From the NCBI GenBank assembly GCA_021850705.1, contig JAJZKU010000003.1:1987-65986 (forward strand): a stretch of 64,000 nt of DNA, read 5' to 3'. This document shows, piece by piece, positions 46,280 through 57,931 of this stretch. The notes below the pieces were generated by a model. That model was not told where the DNA came from, searched no databases, and saw only the letters and a program-made list of their open reading frames with translations. Each line of letters starts with the position of its first letter. Within the stretch, counting starts at the first letter, position 1. The position numbers were made by a program, and so were the translations under genes. The DNA comes from Candidatus Micrarchaeota archaeon. Lineage in GTDB: Archaea; Micrarchaeota; Micrarchaeia; Micrarchaeales; CABMGC01.

Positions 46280-46954
46280 CTACTCTTTTTCAAGGCGCAC
46301 TATCCTTTTAAGTTCAAGGACTTTTTCAGATGCAAATGGCGAAGCCATTGCGATCTTTGCAGATTGGAGCATAGGTATATCGTGTATGCTGTCCCCAATC
46401 ACCATGCAATTCCACAGTCTCAGTCCATGCCTGTCCAGGACCTCTTCGGTAAGCGCAAGTTTGCTCTCTCCGCAGGTAATCCTTGCATCGAATCCTATCA
46501 GCTTCTTTGAATTATCAAATATCTCTACATTCGATACGGTATCGGTAAGTCTGAAGTTATATTTTGCATACTCGGCAGTTGTAGATCCGGCCATAGTGGA
46601 AAGGAAGACAGGGATATCTCCTGTAACGTAGTAATCTGCTATTTTTGCAACCTTTTCAATTGCGTTTTTTCTAATATGCCTGCCTACGATACTGTTCATC
46701 TCTTCTTTCATGCCCATGTTATTCTCTATCATGACATCATAGAACTTCTTCTGCCCGCTGGGTATTCCATCAGAATCTCTATGTGCATTTATTATTAGAC
46801 TCGCATTCGCAATTCCAAAAGCATAATTTGCCGTCTTATATAGGTTAAGCTCCCTTATGGCCCTTAGAAGATATGCCTTTCCAAGAGCCTCTGTAGCAGA
46901 TCTCTTCCAAAGAGTTTTATCACCATCAACCACTACTGCATCAATTACGTTCAT
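46280..46954 (-). CDS. HAD-superfamily hydrolase (SerB-like)
   Basis: VVDGDKTL, LST, K, IGDSIHDIPML. Confidence 0.85.
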   Translation of the reverse strand: MNVIDAVVVDGDKTLWKRSATEALGKAYLLRAIRELNLYKTANYAFGIANASLIINAHRDSDGIPSGQKKFYDVMIENNMGMKEEMNSIVGRHIRKNAIEKVAKIADYYVTGDIPVFLSTMAGSTTAEYAKYNFRLTDTVSNVEIFDNSKKLIGFDARITCGESKLALTEEVLDRHGLRLWNCMVIGDSIHDIPMLQSAKIAMASPFASEKVLELKRIVRLEKE

Positions 46955-47203
46955 AAAATCAGATAAAAGTTATATGTAAATATCAATCCGAAGATACACA
47001 TACGATAAACATGTGGCCGGCAAGGAATTGCGCCAGTTGCGCACGGAAGACAAACCGCTTAATACGTGGACCACAGATTGCCTTCCACTACTATGATGAA
47101 TTTTTAGGTATATACGCCTTTTCATAGGGAACGTTAAGTGCCCAAATTATTTTACCGGTTGTGTTAGGATAGACTTAAATATCATGCATAACCATACGAA
47201 ATT

Positions 47204-47509
47204 ATGGTTGAAGAGTCAGTCATAAAAAAGCATGAAGCATCAGAAGCCACAGGCATGAAGCGTCTTTTCAAGGCTGCAAGGCGCATTGCTACTACCGGTG
47301 CGGAAAAAACAGCTGCTCTTGCCCCTACAATGCAGAATAATCTTACAATACTGAGTACCTGCGGATGCGGAAGCTGTCCAAGGTGTGTCGTAAATGCGGC
47401 AGTAGTTACTGCCAACACTGCAATGGCATTGATAGGGCTGAGGAGAAAGGAAAAAAAGCCAGTGAATGTTGAACATGAATGCTCATCACATTGCCATAAG
47501 CATGAGTAA
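47204..47509 (+). CDS. Small Cys/His-rich hypothetical protein
   Basis: CGCGSCPRC and C-terminal HECSSHCHKH. Confidence 0.55.
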   Translation: MVEESVIKKHEASEATGMKRLFKAARRIATTGAEKTAALAPTMQNNLTILSTCGCGSCPRCVVNAAVVTANTAMALIGLRRKEKKPVNVEHECSSHCHKHE

Positions 47510-47572
47510 GGCTCATACTGGCTTCAGAATGCTCTATAGTACTCAGATGCGCACGTATCTGTTTCTTTTATA

Positions 47573-48229
47573 CTAAGACATCGCCTTTGACTTGTTTCCG
47601 TTCAGTACGTCATTAAGGCGCTTGTTCGCTTCCTGCCAATTTATATTGTCAAGGAAGACTTTGACATAAGCTCCTTTGTCAGTGCCATAGTCCATGGCAT
47701 ACGAATGCTCCCAGCAGTCAAGCGCTATTACCACATCCTGTGCTATTGCAGGGACGTTTACACTGTGCTCATTTATGACCCAATTGTGTAGCTGGTTCCT
47801 GTTCCTGTCGACAGTTACGAGTACCCATCCTGGAGTAGAGGCGGCATCTGCCTTTGTCTCTGCCTTCCACTTATCCAAGCTGCCGAAAGAATTGTTCAAT
47901 AGGCTCTTGAACTGGTCGTCAGGCTCGTTTACAGGTTCCAGATTCTCAAAATAAGCCTTATGCAGGTAGCTGGCGTTGTATGCAACTATCTCCCTGCGCT
48001 TAAGCTCGCTGTAGCTGCCATAGGTGAAATTCGCATTCTTGCTCAGTATCTCAGGATCGGTATCCAACTGCTTCCTAAGATCATCAAGCTTCTGCTCTAT
48101 CTCATTGAGCTTCTTAACATATCCTTCATAAAGGCCTATATGTGCCTTTATCAGCTTGGGCGTAAGCCCCTTTATGGCTCCTTCCTGCAAAAGTGCTGAA
48201 AAATCCTTTATCTTGTGTTCTACTAGCAT
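47573..48229 (-). CDS. sod: Fe/Mn superoxide dismutase family protein
   Basis: AHIGLYEGYV, NASYLH, DCWEHSY, INWQE. Confidence 0.9.
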   Translation of the reverse strand: MLVEHKIKDFSALLQEGAIKGLTPKLIKAHIGLYEGYVKKLNEIEQKLDDLRKQLDTDPEILSKNANFTYGSYSELKRREIVAYNASYLHKAYFENLEPVNEPDDQFKSLLNNSFGSLDKWKAETKADAASTPGWVLVTVDRNRNQLHNWVINEHSVNVPAIAQDVVIALDCWEHSYAMDYGTDKGAYVKVFLDNINWQEANKRLNDVLNGNKSKAMS

Positions 48230-48328
48230 TCCACTCACGCTATATAATTACAACCAAGTTATATAAATTTTACAAATATTTTCAGGAACCTTTGGTATCT
48301 AAAAAATGCATCAAAGTATGGACACACA

Positions 48329-48859
48329 TCAATGTCTTAGCAGAATTGAGAACATCGTATCAAGCTTCCCATCATTCTTAATGCCAAGTACTGTGTGCTC
48401 CCTTATCGCAGGACTTGCATCTCCGTCTATATCAAAACGGTATCCCTTCAGCTTTGCGAAGCGGTCACTGTACACAGAGAGTATCAAAGGCATATACCCT
48501 TTGTATACAAAAACAATATCCTCGATTCCATAAGCATTCTTTGGAACATCTCTGCCAATCTGAAGAAGCTCTCCCTTCCTGTTGAATATACAGTGCTCTC
48601 TGAACTCATCAATGCCGAAGCCGTTAATATAGGCGCTGTCTCCTTTCAGATTGTTTCTGAACCTAAGAGCCCTTCTTGAGCTTCCATATGCCCTTGCCAA
48701 TATCTCCTGATAACCTGCAGGCCTAAGGTCATGTTCCATAAGAAGCTTTACTGATTCTGCACAGTTGGCATGAGCATGTGCTCTGAATATCCCCGATTTT
48801 GATATCTCCTTGAATTCCGGACTCTTACTGCCAATATCGCTCTTTATCATGCCATGCAT
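48329..48859 (-). CDS. Orphan paralogue family member
   Basis: HDLRPAGYQE..FRNNLKG..FNRKGEL..VYKG. Confidence 0.7.
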   Translation of the reverse strand: MHGMIKSDIGSKSPEFKEISKSGIFRAHAHANCAESVKLLMEHDLRPAGYQEILARAYGSSRRALRFRNNLKGDSAYINGFGIDEFREHCIFNRKGELLQIGRDVPKNAYGIEDIVFVYKGYMPLILSVYSDRFAKLKGYRFDIDGDASPAIREHTVLGIKNDGKLDTMFSILLRH

Positions 48860-48873
48860 CTTAACCCTGATAA

Positions 48874-49398
48874 TTAGCCTCTTCTAAGCCTTGCCAAGTC
48901 TATTCCATCTCTGCGCATTTCTTTATCAATTACATAAGCTATCCTCGCCTCTACTGCTGAAGGATTGTACCATGTACTTATGTTCAGGCAGCCACCTCCG
49001 AACATGCCGTCTATGGTGACTGCACCTCCTCCTTTGTTATGGAAGGATCTCCTCTCTTCAGGCAGTTTGTAGAACTTGGATCTCGATACGGTTCTGAATG
49101 AATAATCATCAAGTATCTCCTTGTATCCTGCAGTATCAAGACCATTATGTCCGACCCATACATTGTAATCATGCAGCATCTTCCTGAAAGGTCCGGAGTG
49201 TACATATGCATCTACTGCTTCTGCAAGGCTTATCTGCCTGCAATCCTCAGGGATGAGGAATTTTATCATCCTACTGTCTACTGCCCTACCAGTTATCCCT
49301 ATCTTATAATTGCCATCTTCAATAACAAAGCTGTGCTCTTTATTCTTATCAGCAGCAAATCCGGGATATGCCTTAAACTGACCAGTAAATGTATTCAT
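48874..49398 (-). CDS. Orphan paralogue family member
   Basis: PEDCRQISLAE..FRKML..W..LPEERRSFHNKG ... RIAYVI. Confidence 0.7.
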   Translation of the reverse strand: MNTFTGQFKAYPGFAADKNKEHSFVIEDGNYKIGITGRAVDSRMIKFLIPEDCRQISLAEAVDAYVHSGPFRKMLHDYNVWVGHNGLDTAGYKEILDDYSFRTVSRSKFYKLPEERRSFHNKGGGAVTIDGMFGGGCLNISTWYNPSAVEARIAYVIDKEMRRDGIDLARLRRG

Positions 49399-49532
49399 TA
49401 TTATCTATTAGTGGATGAAATGTCTGATTTATAAAATTAGCGTCATGCTTCCAGATACCTTTTATAAGATTCCCTGTTTTGTTATAATGGGGAATCGCAA
49501 ATACAAGATATACATTGCTCCGAGGGATTGCA

Positions 49533-50693
49533 ATGATGGAAACATATCAGGTTTATCCGAATGGATTGCGGAAGCTGGATCAGGCAGGCATAACTACACG
49601 GATCGAAGCGCTAAGGTCCGAAGAGCTTCAGAGGTATCGCATGCCTGCAGTTTCTCTGGATGATATAAGGCGTGTTGTGGGAAGGATGGAAGGTGAGGGC
49701 CACCTGAGAAACCTTGAGAAGCATGAAAGGAACGAGTACAAACAACTTTTATACAGGGCTGCAAGAGGGGAGGACTTCTACTGGACGACAAACAGGAAAG
49801 GAGGAAAGCAAAAGGAACGGGCAGTGGCAGAAGATTTCTATCTGTTAAGCGGCGTAAGGAATTTTGCAGTTCTTCAGGACAATGAAATATTCGATTATAA
49901 AAAATCTAATTTCGATAGCCTTTTTGAGTTTACAGGCACGGTGGGTTCTGCACTAGAGATGGTGTCAAAGACAAACGGATGGAAGTATGGCCTTCCTTGG
50001 AACACCGAGAGAGATAACAAGAGAACCATATCCAGCATAGTGACAAGCGACGGTGCAGGAGAGATGAGGATATTCCAGAGGGATATAACCCCCTATGAGA
50101 CGACAGATCCTTTCGGAAAGAGGGTATACTATAGGAGGCTAGGCATAGCTGACAAAAAGACCGTCGAAGCCTCACAATCTACAGAGAGTTACCTTCTAAT
50201 ATCGATATTGAAGTATGTAGAGCAGCTTGGGCTCAAGCCTGATATATTGGAGAATGGTGCGATGACAACGAATCAGTACATAACAAATATTGGCGCTATG
50301 GAGATGATAAAACACCAGAAAAAAGCGACCAGGGATAAAGAATCTACCGGGACGTTATTTAGGGCATGGGAGGTGCCGCTGCCTATGGTATCCCGGGGAA
50401 AGGTAGGGGATAGTAAATTCGCACACTTCATACCATCTACATTGGGCGGAGGTTATAACCTATGCATAAGTGAAAACAACGAGCTTGTAATAGGCAGGAA
50501 GATAAGAAAAGAGATAGATGTGGAAAATTCTGTTACATTCCTTCCGGAGGATACTAACAATCTGATCAAGAGCCTTCTATATCAGGCTGCCAGGGGGCTT
50601 GGAAAGACTACGGAGCGGCAGCTGCTTGACATAATAGAGTACAGGTACTCTGCAGAGATAAAAGACGGGTATAAAATCGCTGTACGAAAGTAA
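49533..50693 (+). CDS. Hypothetical protein
   Basis: 386-aa ORF with host-like codon use and GAGG SD; no recognised motif. Confidence 0.65.
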   Translation: MMETYQVYPNGLRKLDQAGITTRIEALRSEELQRYRMPAVSLDDIRRVVGRMEGEGHLRNLEKHERNEYKQLLYRAARGEDFYWTTNRKGGKQKERAVAEDFYLLSGVRNFAVLQDNEIFDYKKSNFDSLFEFTGTVGSALEMVSKTNGWKYGLPWNTERDNKRTISSIVTSDGAGEMRIFQRDITPYETTDPFGKRVYYRRLGIADKKTVEASQSTESYLLISILKYVEQLGLKPDILENGAMTTNQYITNIGAMEMIKHQKKATRDKESTGTLFRAWEVPLPMVSRGKVGDSKFAHFIPSTLGGGYNLCISENNELVIGRKIRKEIDVENSVTFLPEDTNNLIKSLLYQAARGLGKTTERQLLDIIEYRYSAEIKDGYKIAVRK

Positions 50694-50763
50694 GAGAGGC
50701 CAGCGATAAATATTTTAACTTGTGCAGAGAATAAAATTCGTATATAATTTGGTTGGTGTATCA

Positions 50764-53530
<2,767 letters not shown>

Positions 53531-53534
53531 TTGA

Positions 53535-53669
53535 TTATGAGTCTCCTGAGCCGCAGTTGCAATAACCTAACTCATCAACTCTGCCTTTGCAGATAGGACA
53601 CTTTATCTCAAGAAACTCTACTTCGTGGAATTCCTTTCCATACATCCTTACGTGCTCATCTTCTTTCAT
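53535..53669 (-). CDS. 44-aa Zn-finger microprotein (absent from ORF track)
   Basis: MKEDEHVRMYGKEFHEVEFLEIKCPICKGRVDELGYCNCGSGDS. Confidence 0.6.
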   Translation of the reverse strand: MKEDEHVRMYGKEFHEVEFLEIKCPICKGRVDELGYCNCGSGDS

Positions 53670-53730
53670 CGCTACCAATTAAAATATTAGATTTTACATA
53701 TTTATTACTTTCTATTCATATAATCCATGC

Positions 53731-53805
53731 GGGTCCGTAACTCAGTTTGGCTAGAGTGGAAGGCTTTTAACCTTTAAGTCGTGGGTTCAAATCCCACCGG
53801 GCCCG
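53731..53805 (+). tRNA. tRNA-Lys(TTT)
   Basis: Acceptor GGGTCCG/CGGGCCC, anticodon arm GAAGG-ctTTTaa-CCTTT, GTGGG-TTCAAAT-CCCAC. Confidence 0.95.
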
Positions 53806-53913
53806 TTAGACATAAAAAACTCTCTCGGATAATAAAACAGGCAAAGTTGCAGATTAAATTTATTAATCAGATTAATCTACCTCCTTTGAGAGATTAAATA
53901 CGCAAGTGTTACT

Positions 53914-54513
53914 ATGGATAATGCAAAAGTTTTCAGGGAGAGATTACAAAAGCCGATGCTCTCTGAAAAAGAGGTTCTTGTAGATGATATACAAAGAGTC
54001 ATGCCTTCAGGTCACAGGCAGATATCATTAAAGGAGGTTGCATCATTATTCTTTAACGATGCTGACTTTAGGAATGAGCTTAGAAATGCCGGAAGCATAT
54101 GGACCTCTGACAAAGGAAGCAAGAACAGTGGAATATTCAGGATAAACGAAGACGGGTTATTCTTTCCGGCAACTCCTGAAGAGGCAAAAACGCTTCCAGA
54201 TGGCCACTACTCAGCTCACTGCCCTGGAATTGGACAGGTGATAGTCAGGTGCTCCAATGGCTCTGATAAAAGCAGACTTTACATAGATGCTGAGTATAAG
54301 TCATACAAAGTTGCTAAAGTTGCATATGTAAAAGACAAAAACGCTAAGTCTGACTTGCAAAATATAAAGACGATAGCGATACCTGTGGAAGAGATAAATG
54401 CTGTAAAGGAATCCCTTAAGGCAGTCGAGACATCCATCAAAAGGATGCCCCATACAAGTGAACTGGTCATATTCATAAGCAACGTAAAGGAACTTTTACG
54501 AGACAGAACCTAA
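53914..54513 (+). CDS. Orphan paralogue family member
   Basis: PSGHRQISLKE..NDADFRNELR..W..SGIFRINEDG..LP..HCPG ... KVAYVK. Confidence 0.7.
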   Translation: MDNAKVFRERLQKPMLSEKEVLVDDIQRVMPSGHRQISLKEVASLFFNDADFRNELRNAGSIWTSDKGSKNSGIFRINEDGLFFPATPEEAKTLPDGHYSAHCPGIGQVIVRCSNGSDKSRLYIDAEYKSYKVAKVAYVKDKNAKSDLQNIKTIAIPVEEINAVKESLKAVETSIKRMPHTSELVIFISNVKELLRDRT

Positions 54514-54574
54514 CAAAAACCTAACTTTTCAGAAAAGGGTTTAAATTCCAATTACTCATCCTTATTGTGATTAT

Positions 54575-55465
54575 TTGGGAAAGACTCTTGAGACGAAGAA
54601 GAAGATACTTGGACTTCTTGAAAACAGAAAGATGACGATTACCGAGCTTAGCAAAGAACTGGGACTATCAAAAGCTACAGTCAGCCAACATATAGATGAA
54701 CTGATAAGAGTGCACGCAGTGGAGAAGGTCGATTCGGAATATTTCAAGAAACTGAAATACTACAAAACAACCCCTAATTACTCTGCAATGTTTGCGAAGG
54801 TCATAGGTGTGATTATTGTAATAGGAATAGTGGCATACGTATTATACTCATATCAAGGTATTTCTCCATATTCCAATTCGCATAATGCAAGCAGCAAAGC
54901 AAGCTTAACGACAGCACCTGTAACAACAGTATCATATGTTAATTCATCTGCAAACGCTACGGTAACACCAGGACAGATATCTTCGGCATACTCGTGCATC
55001 TTCCTTAACTATCATATGAACGGAAGCATAGCCAGTGAAAGTGGCTTTTCAGCTTACAACCTGAATTATACTGTCGGCAACACTACAAAGAACATTACCG
55101 ATTATGTAATCGGCAGGGGATCCTCAGGCAGCTTCAGGCTTACAGAGGACATAACACAGACACTTTCAGAACCTCAAGGCTTCAACAGCACAAGGACACA
55201 TTACTATCTGTTAAGGTACAATGATAGCATAGCCTCACTGCGTCCGACAGGAATAAACATAACTTTCAGTCCGAAGGTCTTCCAGGCAGCAAACGGCAGC
55301 ATAAACACCACTGCATATGTGAGAATCGCTGCCAATGCCACATACGGCACATACTGGATAAACTTTGACGGGCCATGCGGAGGTGGAATAGGCCCAGAGC
55401 TGCTCACTGTAGGAAGCAAGCCATACAACGGCACACTCCATGAGCAGGTCAACATATTCGGCTGA
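54575..55465 (+). CDS. Membrane-anchored ArsR-type wHTH regulator with extracellular domain
   Basis: TKKKILGLL..MTITELSKELGLSKATVSQHIDEL, TM VIGVIIVIGIVAYVLY, then N/S/T-rich domain. Confidence 0.82.
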   Translation: MGKTLETKKKILGLLENRKMTITELSKELGLSKATVSQHIDELIRVHAVEKVDSEYFKKLKYYKTTPNYSAMFAKVIGVIIVIGIVAYVLYSYQGISPYSNSHNASSKASLTTAPVTTVSYVNSSANATVTPGQISSAYSCIFLNYHMNGSIASESGFSAYNLNYTVGNTTKNITDYVIGRGSSGSFRLTEDITQTLSEPQGFNSTRTHYYLLRYNDSIASLRPTGINITFSPKVFQAANGSINTTAYVRIAANATYGTYWINFDGPCGGGIGPELLTVGSKPYNGTLHEQVNIFG

Positions 55466-55549
55466 ATCCCTGCGGAAGCAGAATCTGCAGGATTCCATCA
55501 AAGCAGCAGCTAACAGCAAACATTAAATACTTTATTGTCTTAATTATGC

Positions 55550-55666
55550 TGTCAAACGGCCATAGGAACAGGGAAACGCCCGAACCCATCCCGAACTCGG
55601 AAGCTAAGCCTGTTCACGATATGAAATACTGCTCGGAAGAGTGGGAAAGCATATTGCTGTTTGGCA
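55550..55666 (+). rRNA. rrf: 5S rRNA (stand-alone)
   Basis: Helix I TGTCAAACGGC/GCTGTTTGGCA, GGCCATAG, CCCATCCCGAACTCGGAAGCTAAGC, TGGGAAA. Confidence 0.93.
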
Positions 55667-55765
55667 TTATAATTAGACACTTAGCATAAGCTCTGCTTAT
55701 CTATACCTATAATTAAGACGGATCAAAAGAGCAGCATAATCTAACTCTAAAGGCGCAGTTGCTGA

Positions 55766-56233
55766 TTATACCTTCACTTCGCCGCTCTTTATCTTTGCAA
55801 TCATCTCCTTTGCATTTATGCCTTCGCAAGTCACATTCATCGACTTGCAGGTGCCGAGTATCTGATTGACTCTCTCCTTCATGCTGTTGCCATACATCTT
55901 AGACTCCTTTGCCTTGGCGACATTCTTTACCTGCTCAATCGTTATATTGCCGGCAACCTCATCCTTGGTCTTAGCCCCTTTCTGTATCCCTATCTCCTTA
56001 AGTATAAGGGCACTTGTAGGAGGAGCTCCAACTTCAACAGTGTACTTCTTTGTAGAAGGATTGACTATTACCTTTACGGGAACCTTTACACCTTCAAATG
56101 CTTGTGTCTTCTTGTTTATCTCGTCTATTATCGCTGCAACATTGACCCCGAGAGGGCCAAGAGCTGGGCCGAAAGGCGCACCGTTAGTAGCCTTTCCTCC
56201 TTCTATTAATCCATTTATTATAGCATCTGCCAT
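55766..56233 (-). CDS. rpl11: 50S ribosomal protein uL11
   Basis: GGKAT..PFGPALGPLGVN, VPVKV, PPTSALI, GTCKSM. Confidence 0.97.
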   Translation of the reverse strand: MADAIINGLIEGGKATNGAPFGPALGPLGVNVAAIIDEINKKTQAFEGVKVPVKVIVNPSTKKYTVEVGAPPTSALILKEIGIQKGAKTKDEVAGNITIEQVKNVAKAKESKMYGNSMKERVNQILGTCKSMNVTCEGINAKEMIAKIKSGEVKV

Positions 56234-56235
56234 TT

Positions 56236-56682
56236 TTACACCTTTTCTGCCTTCTCTATTACGCGAGCCATGTTAGATTTTGTCGTTACAGGTATTGGAA
56301 CTGCAACATCCATAAGCTCTACTGTAATCTCATCTTTTGATGGGTCAGTATTTATTACCTTTGCCTTATATCCCTTGAACGGCCCTGCAAAGAACTCCAC
56401 AAGGTCGTTTGGCGCTATGTCCTGGGACTGCTGCTTCTTGGCAAGTACCTTGTCTATCTCTTCCTGCGTGAGCGGCTTGGGAAGCATGCCCTTCACATGG
56501 GGTTCGTTAAGTATGAGATCCCTGCATGCTATCTCGTCCTGCGCTTCTATTATTATGTAGCCGCGCATTCCCTGCGGTATTATTATCGAGTATATTCCAT
56601 TATCCTTTCCTTTTGACTTATTCTGCAGTATGTCTGCAGTTATCTTCTCCTGCGACGCAGTTACTCTTACTATAAAGTACAT
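56236..56682 (-). CDS. spt5: Transcription elongation factor Spt5 (NusG)
   Basis: VRVTASQE, RGYIIIEA, KOW GPFKGYKAKV, VPIPVT. Confidence 0.95.
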   Translation of the reverse strand: MYFIVRVTASQEKITADILQNKSKGKDNGIYSIIIPQGMRGYIIIEAQDEIACRDLILNEPHVKGMLPKPLTQEEIDKVLAKKQQSQDIAPNDLVEFFAGPFKGYKAKVINTDPSKDEITVELMDVAVPIPVTTKSNMARVIEKAEKV

Positions 56683-56807
56683 CTTCACATCCTTGATATT
56701 ATATGCGCAAAGGCTGCGCAATAAACATACTTCCAATTAAGGGTATGTTTAACTGATTCATATTGTAAGGACTTATTTATATATTTTGCGTTTTGACCAT
56801 CATTACT

Positions 56808-57098
56808 ATGAAGGGCTACGCTGAGAAGAAGAATCCGGGCGAGAAGCTCGTCTGCGTAGATATAAATTATTCTGACAAGATAGAGAAGCTCATCATAACC
56901 GGGGATTTCTTCATGCATCCAGAGGGCTGTGTAATGGATATAGAGAGGGCCCTGGAAGGTGTGCCTCTTGCAATGAATGATATGGAGCTGAGGGACATAA
57001 TAAACAACGTGGTTGAGTCGCACAAGGCCAAGCTAGTAGGAATATCTGCAAATAGCATAGTCGCTGCGATAAGGGATGCGACAGCGAGGGAGATATGA
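56808..57098 (+). CDS. lplB: Lipoate-protein ligase accessory C-terminal domain (LplB)
   Basis: KNPGEKLV, IITGDFFMHPE..IERALEG. Confidence 0.85.
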   Translation: MKGYAEKKNPGEKLVCVDINYSDKIEKLIITGDFFMHPEGCVMDIERALEGVPLAMNDMELRDIINNVVESHKAKLVGISANSIVAAIRDATAREI

Positions 57099-57845
57099 AT
57101 GGAGCTGAGAGCGATACCTTATTCATCAAACTCTGCATACCAGAACATGTCGATAGACCACGCACTCCTTGAATCTGTAGTTATGGGCAATTCCAGTATG
57201 ACGTTAAGACTATACTCGTGGAAGCCAAGCGCAGTCTCCATAGGCAGATTTCAGAGCATGCGGAAGGAGGTAAACCTGGAGGAGTGCAAATCCATGGGCA
57301 TAGACATCGTACGCAGGATTACTGGAGGAGGAGCAGTATACCATGATTCTGAAGGAGAGATAACATACAGTCTTATAGCAAAAGAGAGCGAACTGCCCGA
57401 TGGCATACAGAAGTGCTACAGGTTCTCCGCATCAATGATAATAGATGCACTGAAGAGCATAGGCATAAATGCAGAGTATGCTCCGATAAACGACATAACT
57501 GTAGATGGAAAGAAGATATCGGGAAATGCACAGACGAGGAGAGACGGAGCGGTGCTCCTTCACGGAACTATACTCTACACTGCAGATGTCAAGAAGATGT
57601 TCTCCGTATTAAATGTCAGCAAGGAGAAGCTATCCGACAAGATGATAAAGAGTGCAGAAGAGAGGATAACAGACGTAAGGTCAAACTGCCACGCGAGCAT
57701 CGATGAACTGAGAGAAGCGCTGTTCAACAGCTTCACAAAAGGAAGAGCATGGAAGGAATCGCCGCTTACAAAGGAAGAAACGGAGAGAAGTATGGAACTT
57801 GAGGAAACGGTCTACAGGAACTCAGAGTGGAACTTTAACAGATGA
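57099..57845 (+). CDS. lplA: Lipoate-protein ligase catalytic subunit (LplA)
   Basis: NMSIDHAL, RRITGGGAVYHD, ND..GKKISGNAQ, HGT. Confidence 0.93.
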   Translation: MELRAIPYSSNSAYQNMSIDHALLESVVMGNSSMTLRLYSWKPSAVSIGRFQSMRKEVNLEECKSMGIDIVRRITGGGAVYHDSEGEITYSLIAKESELPDGIQKCYRFSASMIIDALKSIGINAEYAPINDITVDGKKISGNAQTRRDGAVLLHGTILYTADVKKMFSVLNVSKEKLSDKMIKSAEERITDVRSNCHASIDELREALFNSFTKGRAWKESPLTKEETERSMELEETVYRNSEWNFNR

Positions 57846-57931
57846 ACTATTGCTTTTGTAAGTGGTGGCTTTAAAAGATAAAATATAAAAACAGTCGCAT
57901 GTTCTCATATGTATAAAAGGTTTAGATATCA

